From positions 9,920,001-9,984,000 of the forward strand of contig JAGIQG010000040.1 of NCBI GenBank assembly GCA_024679065.1: a stretch of DNA of 64,000 nucleotides, read 5' to 3'. This stretch comes from Sphyrna mokarran (lineage: Eukaryota). Shown here piece after piece: positions 53,433 through 64,000 of this stretch. Each line of letters begins with the position of its first letter. The stretch's first letter is position 1. A model generated the notes under the pieces. That model saw only the letters and a program-made list of their open reading frames with translations, searched no databases and was not told where the DNA came from. Position numbers and translations under genes: made by a program.

Positions 53433-53738
53433 ATCCCTACACAAAATGGGCAAAAATCCACCAGTATTTAAACAAAATCACAAGGCATTTTCATGAAATT
53501 AATGCTATCCTGGTGGATACCGTTTGCTCTACATAAATAGCCTTAACGTTTTATATTTCACAAAGGATCACTTGATCAAGTTATGGAAAACATTGACTGA
53601 TAATCAAATAGTTATCAAAAATTTTTCATCTTAATTCTCGTTATTTGTGTAGTGCTGGATATAAGTAACACAACACTGTAAATAATGCTGGATTATAAAA
53701 CAAAGCACTTCCCCAGCCTCGGTCAAATATCGCTGCGG

Positions 53739-53806
53739 GGTTTTTGTATTGACAGTAACTGTTGTGCCATCCATTTATCACAGTGAGACACAGCCTGTCA
53801 AATAAT
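53739..53806 (-). other. DH2 segment, coding 53767-53778 (ATAAATGGATGG), with 12/12 RSSs
   Basis: 5' RSS CACAGTG-12-TCAAATAAT (53779-53806); 3' RSS CACAACA-12-ACAAAAACC (53739-53766). Confidence 0.92.
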
Positions 53807-54125
53807 GTGCCCGACTGCTGACTATAAAATACAGAGATTTAATATCACTACTCTTTCAAGTATCTGATTCTGCCTCATCCAAGAGCGAATGAGTGAATTA
53901 TTTCAGCTTGACCTGGTCATTGTATTTAGAAAGAGTATCCGGGATTGTTTTTTTTTTAAACTCTCCGTGTAGAATTAGCATGTCGTCATTGTAGATTTTA
54001 TAGAAATAGTTTTATACCTAATCACAAACAAATAATGTGTCCACACATTATTTCTTTGAAGCCTCGTTTTCTTTGGAAATCCTGCTGTGGTACTGATTGC
54101 CAATTTAAACAATCTCTTTCGATGA

Positions 54126-54213
54126 TGTTTCTGCATGAGGATGTTGCTGTACTCAGCACTGTGCCCCCCGGCCCCCCAGTGGTATCACAGCGGCACACAC
54201 TCGCATAAAAACT
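54126..54213 (-). other. DH1 segment, coding 54164-54185 (ATACCACTGGGGGGCCGGGGGG), with 5' 12-RSS and 3' 22-RSS
   Basis: 5' RSS CACAGCG-12-ATAAAAACT (54186-54213); 3' RSS CACAGTG-22-GCAGAAACA (54126-54163). 12/22 flanking is the known shark IgM D1 configuration. Confidence 0.93.
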
Positions 54214-54583
54214 GCACTCACTCTATGTTCAGTACTGCCGCTCAATATATACTTCAAATAGACCAGTATTCCTAATGTAATTTACAATTTATGCAGCAGT
54301 TTATAAAACATAATCGAGAAACGCCCCCTCAAGTACCAGAAATGATAAAACAAACATTATATCCAGGTGTGTAATTGCTGAAACTATTAACAGTAAATAT
54401 AAACAGAGTGAAAATCTCAGCTTATTATGTCTGTGTGTTTCCTTGGTTTAATGTTTAATTTTCACTATGTTAGGTTTGTCAAAAGTGGTTTGTGCTTTGG
54501 TTCTAATCACTGTCGTTATTATTATATTTAAACAGATACTGACCTTCAGGTTACAATAGAAGTTGCTGAATTCCCTTTTGAGC

Positions 54584-54622
54584 TGTTCTTGTTCGGGTTC
54601 ATCCCTGGTTCCTGTCGGTGTG
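54584..54622 (-). other. VH 23-RSS (CACACCG-23 bp-ACAAGAACA)
   Basis: Heptamer directly abuts the V coding end; spacer counted as 23 bp. Confidence 0.9.
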
Positions 54623-54927
54623 GTCTCTCGCACAGTAATAGATGGCGGTGTCTTCGATCTTCAGCCTCGTCATTTCCAAAGAGAAGATGTTGTTTGAAGT
54701 GTCTATGGACACAGTAAATCGATCCTTAATTGCTGGGGCGTAGTTGTTGTTGGATGAACTATAGTAGCTAACCAGCCACTCCAGCCCCTGTCCGGGAACC
54801 TGCCGGATCCAGTACATCCAGCTGTTGCCAAGATCGAAGCCGCTGATATTACAGGTCAGTTTCAGGGAGCCTCCGGGACGCCCGGTCTCTGCCTCTGGCT
54901 GAGTCAACAGAATCTCCGACTGGACAT
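54623..54927 (-). CDS. IGHV: Germline VH segment ([26 protein letters not shown]...[12 protein letters not shown]...[11 protein letters not shown])
   Basis: Acceptor tttatag; both canonical Cys, WIRQ and YYCAR motifs present; open frame; followed by an RSS. Confidence 0.97.
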
Positions 54928-55047
54928 CTATAAATATAGATCAAAAACACAGACGGTTAATCTTAGTGAAATGACTGCTGACTCTGGAACATTCCAGAGA
55001 CAGACTAACGCTGAGACAGTGACAATGGGAAAAAAAAAACGACTCAC

Positions 55048-55093
55048 CGGATAAGAAAGTCAGCAACAAACTGAGAGTAATCGCCGGCCTCAT
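55048..55093 (-). CDS. IGHV: IgM VH leader exon (MRPAITLSLLLTFLS, phase 1)
   Basis: ATG at 55093, hydrophobic signal peptide, donor G|GTGAGT; joins in phase to the V exon acceptor. Resembles shark VH leaders. Confidence 0.93.
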
Positions 55094-55139
55094 CTTTCTG
55101 GTGGTTTGGGGGAAATGGTTGTGTCAGGAACTCAGTGAA

Positions 55140-55270
55140 CAAACCAGCTCCCGGAGTGTTGCATTCCGGTCCCAGTGAGCGGTATTTAAATACCCGGCAG
55201 AAAGGGGGCGGCTTTCCAGGCGCCGCCTGCTGATTCCCTGCTGGAGGCGGCATCTGGATCCACATCCCAC
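55140..55270 (-). promoter_or_regulatory. VH promoter: TATA-like TATTTAAA (55181-55194), GC box and CTCF-like motif; no octamer seen
   Basis: GC-rich island ~90-170 bp upstream of the leader ATG in otherwise AT-rich DNA. Confidence 0.7.
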
Positions 55271-58214
55271 CTTCCACACCCCCAACAGAATGGACTCCGA
55301 GATTTACAATAGGTTAATATTGAAATTGACATTTTATCAACGTCGGGTTATTTGTTTGGCTGAATCTGTTCATTGCATTGTTTCCAATATTTCTGATATT
55401 ACAGTTCATCATTTCTTTATTTAAAATATATATTTCCATTATAAATATGGTGATTTTATTATCACACCCCAAACAAGAACACAAACCTAAAAATGATGAA
55501 ATAACATTTTTTTGGAAAATAAAGAGACTGTCATTCTATTTTACAACAATTCCGGGGTTCTATCAGATTACAATAATAAAGCATAATTTATCAGAAGAAT
55601 CGTATCAATTTCTGTAACTAAATGCGGGGAATAAGCAAAGTGATTCGATGTGCAGTGTGGATGGCTAACACTGTACAATTTGGGTTTGGAGATGAGAAGA
55701 AACTCTCACACAATACAGTGTTTCTCCTTATATTTCTCAAACTATCCAGTCTCGAAGGCAGCCATTTGAAAATAATATGAACCCCGCCGTTCTGTTAATT
55801 TAATAGTGAGTTGACAGAGGAATGTAAAATTAAATCCACTTTTGACAGATGAATCCGAGCGGACACGGAGATCATTAAAGTTCTCCTTCGGCATCCAAAT
55901 CTTTGCAGCTCATTCTATTGGCCACCCGCTGTTTAAAACTCGCTGATATTGGGAACACAGTATATCAGGACTTTGCGGCACATTATACAATATCACAAGA
56001 ATAAATGTTTCTCTTTCATTGAATCTGGTTATGAACTGATCTCCACTCATTGGCAGCCGTAAGAGGAACTCCTCAAAAAGGAAAATTAGATATACTGTAC
56101 TATAGAACACGGTACTAATCAGGTATAAGAGACGCTGCTGTTAAAATGAGATACAGAACTTGCAGAATATTCCAGGAACCCCGCTGTTTATGTCAGATTT
56201 ATGACATTTTTTAAAATAATATTTCGATGCATTATTGTCATTGCTCTGATCTCCTTTGGCCGGGGAATTGGGACCATTGACATCTCTCTCTCGCATTTCA
56301 TGAAGTGGTTAATAAACAGACATTAATTATTGAAATGGCATTTACTTGGAAATCATGCAGATAAAAAATCCATTGGTCACTGTATTGTTTTGTGGTACTA
56401 TTTACTCAGATAATGAACAGGACATTGAATAAAAATATTTGATTAGAATGATTACGATTTAAAATGTGTCTTTCTTGTGGAAATGAAACATTTACTGTTT
56501 AAATAGCTGAATCTCATTTTGCCCATTCAGGTTCACGCTAATCTGTCCCACACAGTATGTGGCAGCAATTCAGGCTGCTGTCAAATGCTCAAAGTTGTTG
56601 ACAGGAAGCATCTGGAGGTGTTTGTGGAGTAGATCAAAGATCTGTTTCCTCAGTACTGATCGCTTGGCTGCAAGCCAACTTGAAATCCTTCACGTTGTCA
56701 AATAGGACAACTGATAAACAAATCTACGAAGCAACACTGCTGGAGGTACTTTATTAATATTCTTTTTTAAGTTGTAAATCTAGGCGATTTTTTTCCCATC
56801 TCTAAAGAAAGGAAATTCATGCCGCTAATCTGGCTCCCTGTTAGCAACAAAGATGATTTTTCCAAGACATCAGGATATTGTGGTGGATGGATAGAAAGAA
56901 TTATACGCAAACTGAGAGATTTTTCAGAGAGATGATTCATGAACATGTATGTTTGTGTGTTCTTTCCTTTATCTTTACATGGAATTTTTGAGATGGCGGA
57001 AAGACCAGCACTTTTTTCCTGTCCCAAATTCCCTTAGAGTGACTCGTTTTCTAGGCCACTTCTGAAGATATTAAAACGCCAGTCATTTTGCTCTCCGTCT
57101 AGAGTCACATCATTGTGAGACCAGTAGCGACGGCAAATTTCCTCCATTGGGGAGTGAGAGAGTTTCCACTGGTCACGATTAGTAGCTATTCCAGGTCTAT
57201 CAATTGAATTCAAATTTTTACCTGATGCAATGGCCCCATTTAAACTCCTAACCCCACATCATTGCGCTGGGCCTCTGGATCAATTAAATTAGTTTTACGT
57301 CACAATCTACAATAATGGAACAATAAATGTATTTCTGTGCTGATGTAGGAATGAGTGACATTTGAATGAATGATAGTTGGGTGAATGTCAGTTTGATGCC
57401 TAAATATTTTAATTGAGGAATCAATGACTGGATTGATGGAAGCAGTGATAGATGGCATTGAAAGATGCTGTTCTACATTCCCATATTTGTGCTTGATTAT
57501 TTCATAAATTGAATCAGCTACTTTATTCCATTTGTTTCAGTCTAATACCTCCAACTTTTTTAGAGTGTCAGGGGAAATCCACCCCGAGTTTATCGGGAGT
57601 TAGTGAGCTGATCTTCACAGAGAGAAGGAAGAGAGAATCCTGCAGCTCAGATGGTTCATTTCTCTGCTTATCATAAATTTTCTATACAAATAGAAAGAGG
57701 GAACATGATTCGTTTAGGAGAGAAGATTGTAATATTTGAAAAATGTGGTTCTTTCACGTTCAATTAATCACTCAATATGCCCTGACCCAAATTAGTGAAG
57801 GTAACAGGGTGAATAGTAAATTAAGCAGCAACAGAAATATTGTAAGATCCATTGGACAACTACAAGCATTACATTCCTTCCCAAAACAGTGTAAAAATGA
57901 ATCGGAATTTAAAGATTCGGTAACTTCACATGAGGTACAGGTAGTTTCATTTACATCATTACTTTGAAAATTATCCCATACTCCAACTATGTATCAGGAC
58001 TTTCCGTGTGATGATGAGGTGATTACTTGTCAATGAAGTGCAGAGGCTGCTGGATAGCTGTTAATTATCCTCGGTCTAATTAATTCCATTCCCCACTGAA
58101 TTCTTGGATAAATTGTATTCCTTGGTGACAAAAAGACCATTATTGATATCAATAAATATTAATATCAATAAATCATACGAAGCAAATTGCAATTGTATGT
58201 TGTATAGAATGAAA

Positions 58215-58735
58215 CATTGAAAACAAACAGAAAATGCTGGAAAATCGCAGCAGGCCTGAAAGCATCTGTGGAGACAGAATAGAGCCAACGTTTCAAGTCT
58301 AGATGACGATTCGGCAATGCATTCCTGATGCGTTGGAGAGATCATCATTGTTTCCAACAAGATGTGAGAGAAGCTGCATAACTTTCCTGTGAGATGGGAA
58401 TAGTTTAAGTCGTTACTGTTCAGTGATATATACTATTTCGAGCCACACACAAGTTACATCAATTCACATACCGATCCCAAATATCATAATCAACTTCTCC
58501 ATCCTAACTAACCTAATCGACGCCTTAATCACTAAATATATCCTACAGAAAGCTTCCTAATCGCTATCCGCCCTCATCATTTCCCAATTTCATCACCTTC
58601 TTCAAATTTCTCCAAAAAAAAGTTCATCCTGACTCAAAACATTGGCTTTATTCTCTCTCTGCAGATACTATCAGATCTGTTGAGATTTTTCAGAATTTAT
58701 CGTTTTTGTTTCAGTTTCCAGAATCCGTAGTATTT
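58215..58735. mobile_element. Penelope-like remnant with inverted terminal segments
   Basis: aaaacagaaaatgctgg...gcatctgtggagacagaatagagccaacgttt (~58222-58295) is inversely related to ~58636-58715. Confidence 0.5.
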
Positions 58736-59169
58736 TGTTTTTTTTTTATTTCAAAAAGTTGAATATGGTTGGTACAATGATTGTTTGTCTGTATGAATTG
58801 GTGGTATTTTATAAATTGGAACAACCCCACCTGCAAATCCCCGTCCACGACTCTCATCAACTTGATTTGAACATACATTTCCATTCCTATATTGTCGCTG
58901 AATCAGAATCCATGAGAACCCTCTTTTACAACACTATTGGTTTTGCTGCGGTTCAAGAAAATGGATCACTGCCAATTTACTGAATGCTTGCCTAGACAGT
59001 ATCCTCCACCTTCCATAAAAATAATATTAAATATACTAATCTTTATGAATGAATGAGAACTGATAAATGCATTTATTACCTTGTGAATGAAAGGTCGCTG
59101 GTGAAAATAATTACTATTTTCCTGCACATTTCTGACATTTTCCTTATATGCTGGAAGAATAAAAACGTT

Positions 59170-59475
59170 TGAAGTGTATTTATTAATGTCACAAGTAGCT
59201 TACATTAACATTGCAATGGAGTTGCTGATCCCTGACTCGCCACATTGCGGCATCTGTTCTGGTACACTAAGGGAGAATTTAGCCTGGCTACTGCACCTCA
59301 TCTGCATGACGTTTGGGACTATGGAAGTAAAGTGGAGCACCCAGAGGAAATCCGTAAGTACAGAGAGAAAGTGCAGATGTCAGGACTTATGCGGTGAACA
59401 GACACTGACCCAAGTCAGGAACCAACCTGTGGCCCTGGCGCTGTGAGTTAACGGAACTAATCACTATACCACAAT
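59170..59475 (-). mobile_element. HE1/V-SINE-like element (paralogue of 150-440)
   Basis: Same position within the duplicated unit. Confidence 0.7.
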
Positions 59476-60691
59476 GGCACCTAACTTTCAACAAGAAGAG
59501 TCTGATACAAAATCATCACACCTTTTGCAAAGTAAGGAAGTGGAAGGGATTGTACCAGCTACATATCTCAGTCATGGCATCACGGGAAAGATCTTTGCTC
59601 GAGTCACACTTGAAATACATCATCTGCTTGCAGACCGGGTATTCCTGATGCGCAGTGCAATGATTATATTGGAAAATACACTGTAACCAACAACTTCTCT
59701 ATGTTCCATATCTTTGATGTAAATTGGTCAATCTTGCTAAGTCTTTCAACATCATCAACACGTAAGGAGTATAGGATTTTGGTGCTAATTGGCTCTAATA
59801 TCCATTCATGATGCAAGAAACGATAATGCACAATGCGAAATGATAGCTTAATGGGCAGAACTAATCTTTCAAAAATTGTCCTCCTCAGTTATCAGAAAAG
59901 GTGACATGTGTAAAAGAAGACAATCCGAATTGGATATGTTTATTGTGTGTCCATTACGTACTATAAATTGAAAAATTCAAGTGATAATTTTGAAATTAAG
60001 TTCTATAAACATGATATATTTCCCAAAACGCGCGCACATCAAGATGCTCAATTTCTGTTCCATCAGGATAACTTGATGCCAGAAATGATTTAAAATGATT
60101 CCAAATATAGATATAAATTTTAGATTAAAAGTTGAATACAGCGTGCATGTCCTTGACATCGATGCAATATTTGACCCTTTGCAGCAGCAGGGAGACCGAG
60201 AGAAACTGCAGTTAATGGGAATCAGAGGGAAAACAGTCCACTGGCTGGAACACAAAAGTAGGTGATTGTTAATGTTAATGGTCAGTCATCTCAGTCACAG
60301 AGCTTTGCAGGATTTCTTCAGGTTAGTGACCTAGCCCCAAGCTTCAATCTTCATCAAAGTTCATATGTTGGATGTTCACTGATGATTGATCAAAATTCAG
60401 CACCAGTTCCGACTCCTCAGGTACTGACATAGTCCATATAAAGAAATACTTAGAAAGCATTGAATCTGGCGAAAATGAGTGGCAAGTAAAATTAATGTCA
60501 AACAAGTGGCCTGCAATGACCCTCTCCAATAAGGCAGATTCCAATCATCTCCCCTTGACACTAAGTAGCAGTACTGGAGCAGAATCCCTCACTATCAACA
60601 TCTGGAATTATAATTCGTGAAAGTATGAATTGGAATAGGCATTTAAATCATGTGGCTACAAGACATGTCAGATGCCAAGAGTTCTGCAGCA

Positions 60692-62054
60692 AACAAAGAA
60701 CAAAGAACAAAACAGCGCGGGAAACAGGCCCTTCGGCCCAACGAGCCCGTGCCGCCACCCCAATGTTCCCACCTCTACCCGTGATCCCCGTCTATGTTTA
60801 TAGATCTATGGATTAAAAACCAAATTTGAGACAATTTAGGGAGAATTTGTTTTGCCAATTAGCCTAAGAGCATACCTTTGGGATGTGGGAGGAAACCGGA
60901 GCACCCGAAGAAAACCCACGCAAGCACGGGGAGAATGCGCAAACTCCCACAGGCACGGGCCCAAATCCATGTATCTGCACAACACAGCGATAGTCACTGA
61001 GCTGTCGTGTTGCCCATCAAATGCTCCAGGTCAAGCGTATACTAACGACGTGAAACACTAGGATACTCTTGAAAAAAAATCCAAGAGCAGCCCTCCCACG
61101 ATCCATCGTGTGTGCCCCTCGTTAGACAAAAAGGTGGACCAAAGCACCTGTAGGATAAAAACAAGTACATGAATATCATCTATTTACACACTTCCCAGGG
61201 ACTTCCAAGGCTCATGATCCCTATTTTAAATCAGTTTTCTATACCCCTCCATTCTCATTCTGTTCATGTGCCCATCTAAGTATTTCTTAAATAACTCCAG
61301 ACTACTCGCCTCCACCACTTTACTTGGCAGCGCATTCCATATCCCCACCACCCTCTGTGTGAAAAACTTCCTCTAGCATCCAAATTATACCTTACCCTCC
61401 TCATCCTAAGCCCGTGACCCCTCGTGCTATTCGAGTCTATCCTAGGAAAAAGCTTAACCCTGTTTACTCTATCTATACCCCTCAGAATCTTGTACACATC
61501 TATCAGATCTCTCAAGTCTACGTCTTTCTAAGGAAAACAGTCCCAGTTTGCCTAGCCTCTCCTCGTAACTCAGACCTTCCATACCAGGCAGCATCCTGGT
61601 AAACCTCCTCTGCACTCTCTCCAGAGTTTCCACGTCCTTCCGGTAGTAAGACGATCAAAACTGGATGCAGTATTCCAAATGAGGTCTAACCAAAAGTTTT
61701 ATACAACTGCAACATTAAAGGCCAGCTCTTGTACTCAATACCCCTTCCTATAAAGGCTAGCATACCATATGCTTTCTTCACAACCTTCTCCACTTGCTCT
61801 GCCACCTTCAGAGACTTGTTCACCGGCACCCCCAGGTCCCTCTGCGTTTCTATACTCTTAATAGTTCAACCCTTTATCATATACCTCCCCCCTACATTCT
61901 TTCTCCTGAAATGCATCACCTCGCATTTATCAGGATTGAATTCCATCTACCATCTATCTGCCCAAGCTACCAGCCTATCTATGTCCTGCTGTATCGCTTG
62001 ACAATGCTCCTCACTATCCGCAAGTTCAGCCACCTTTGTATCGTCTGCATCTCT
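60692..62054 (-). mobile_element. CR1/V-SINE composite element with probable TSD cagc(a/g)aaca
   Basis: RT motifs (ADDTKV...WADRW), spacer, SINE core and tail. The empty site is seen at ~1900 in copy A; TSD-like 60687-60695 / 62055-62063. Confidence 0.88.
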
Positions 62055-62394
62055 CAGCGAACAGCTCACATCCCGAATTCCCAAAAATCTACCTATCATC
62101 CACAAGGCGAAAGTGAGGAATAGGAACAAAGAACAGCACAACACGAGAACAGGCCCTTCCTCCCACCAAATCTGTTCCAACACAGATGATTGAATAGTCT
62201 CTACTTACCTGACTTGAGGCACTCAAAACCTTAATGCCATTCTGAAAAAATAGCTGTCTCGAAGAATACCCCATCCACCAGCTTCCCAAAGCTTGCCACT
62301 ACATTCTCAAAGGAAAATGTGGTTTGGCAACAAAAGTTGACTTTATCAGTGATGTCAAAATCCCATGAAGTAATGATAAACATATTATATCATT

Positions 62395-63498
62395 TACAGA
62401 AAATGCAGATGTGTGGAATAGAGGGTGATTTAGCTAATTGGATTAGAAATTGGCTGGCAGATAGAAGACAGAGGGTGGTGGTTGATGGGAGATATTCATC
62501 GTGGAGTTCGGTGACGAGTGGTGTGCCTCAGGGGTCTGTTTTGGGGCCCCTGCTGTTTGTAATTTTTATAAATGATCTGGATGAGGGTATTGAGGGATGG
62601 ATCAGTAAATTTGCAGATGATACTAAAGTTGGTGGAGTGGTAGATAGTGAAGAGGGGTGTTTTAGTTTACAGAGTGACTTGGACAAGTTGCAGAGCTGGG
62701 CCGAGAGGTGGCAAATGGAGTTTAATGTGGAAAAGTGTGAGGTAATGCACTTTGGCAGGAACAATAAATGTGTAGAGTATAGGGCTAATGGTAGGGCTCT
62801 TAATAGTGTTGAGGAACAGAAGGATCTTGGTGTATGTGTCAATAGATCCCTGAAAGTAGGCAGTCAAGTGGATAAAGTTGTTAAGAAGGCATATGGAGTC
62901 TTAGCTTTTATTGGTAGGGGGATTGAATTTAGGAGCCGCAGCATCATGTTGCAACTGTACAAAACTCTAGTGCGGCCGCACTTGGAGTATTGTGTGCAGT
63001 TCTGGTCGCCACATTATAAGAAAGATGTGGAGGCATTGGAGAGGGTACAGAGGAGGTTTACCAGGATGTTGCCTGGTATGGAGGGCAGGTCCTATGAAGA
63101 GAGGTTGAAGGATTTGAGGTTGTTTTCGTTAGAAAGGAGGCGGCTAAGAGGGGATCTTATTGAAGCATATAAGATGATTAGAGGTTTAGATAGGGTGGAC
63201 AGTGATAGCCTTTTTCCTAGGATGGAGAAAGCTAGCACGAGGGGACACAGCTTTAAATTAAGGGGTATGAGTTATAGGACGGATATCAGAGGTAGGTTCT
63301 TTACTCAAAGAGTGATTAGGGAGTGGAATGCCCTGCCTGCAGCTGTTGTAGATGCGCCAAGTTTGGTGGCGTTTAAGAGGTTAGTTGATAAGTATATGGA
63401 TGAGAAGGGAATGGTTTAGTTAGGAGGGGCATTGCTTTTTATTTTGGTCGGCACAACATCGAAGGCCGAAGGGCCTGTTCTGTGCTGTATTGTTCTAT
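62395..63498 (+). mobile_element. Young 5'-truncated CR1 LINE with an uninterrupted ORF2 fragment
   Basis: Open frame with PQGSVLGP and FADD motifs and a 3' tail; empty site at ~2243 in copy A. Confidence 0.95.
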
Positions 63499-64000
63499 AT
63501 CTCTGCTTATATTCACCTTGCCTCTGACTGTCCATGTTACACTAGGCTCTGCCCACATCACATTCCAGGAAATCCTATCTAAATATTTTTCCTACATTGG
63601 GCTCAATATCAGCTGTTCATGTACACGGCGCAGGCCCTGATAATATTCTAAGTTCTAAGTTATGTAGTTAGCCATGTCTCTGCTAACCTGACAAGAGGTC
63701 ATGTCCTAATTCTTACTGCCTCAGAACATTTTCAACTCTATACTAAACCGGAAATAATGCCTTCATGCATTACACATGGTTCTGTCACAGTTATTTTGCT
63801 AACAGCTCATTAGATTTTAATGATCTAGGTCCGTTTTAAGTTAATGCGGCACCAATTCATGGACTTGATTATCTAAGACGATGTTGTGTCTCAGTTTTAA
63901 AGTACTTTACAATACCTCCTAATTGCGGTGTTGTCTGAATCTCTGTGTATCAGTCTAGGTCTTGTATCAACAATTACTACTAATAAAGTGGGCTCTGTCT

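Larger units (their letters stand above)
59018..64000 (+). repeat. Segmental duplication copy B (paralogue of 1-2747) with two extra CR1 insertions
   Basis: For example aatctttatgaa..aatgagaac at ~21/~59038 and taaagtggg.tctgtct at ~2731/~63984. Confidence 0.9.

Noticed and set aside
40600-55100. IgW, IgNAR or germline-joined IgM (IgM1gj-type) identity
   Set aside because: Four Cmu-like domains including CH1 and CH2, two separate D segments and intact RSSs indicate a conventional unjoined IgM cluster.
62319-62395. N-terminal extension of the 366-aa RT ORF as a fusion gene
   Set aside because: Chance in-frame flank (paralogous to ~2170-2240) upstream of a 5'-truncated LINE.

Overview
Eukaryotic, repeat-rich DNA from a cartilaginous fish (shark-type CR1 LINEs and HE1/V-SINEs, cluster-type IgH); the species cannot be determined. 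The core is one complete, unrearranged IgM heavy-chain minilocus on the minus strand (~40.6-55.2 kb): leader, VH, D1, D2, JH with 23 | 12/22 | 12/12 | 23 RSSs, CH1-CH4, secretory tailpiece, TM1 and TM2. All exons are open with GT-AG junctions in compatible phase. The cluster has several idiosyncrasies: a WAQG J that is 2 codons short, a G-run D1, a tailpiece without its N-glycan sequon, an extra CH4 Cys and a V-region sequon. About 5.6 kb past the TM poly(A) signal, on the same strand, lies a two-exon GPR139/GPR142-like GPCR pseudogene. The first ~2.75 kb of the window are a diverged paralogue of the last ~5 kb, so the window spans roughly one ~59-kb tandem duplication unit holding IgM plus GPCR. 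Candidate regulatory elements are convergent CTCF-like motifs bracketing V-D-D-J and an ETS/RUNX/E-box cluster at ~11.6-11.8 kb. The rest is CR1 LINEs (young and old, including a CR1/V-SINE composite), SINEs, Gypsy and Rex-like remnants and degenerate satellites. Repeat boundaries are approximate and read by eye.
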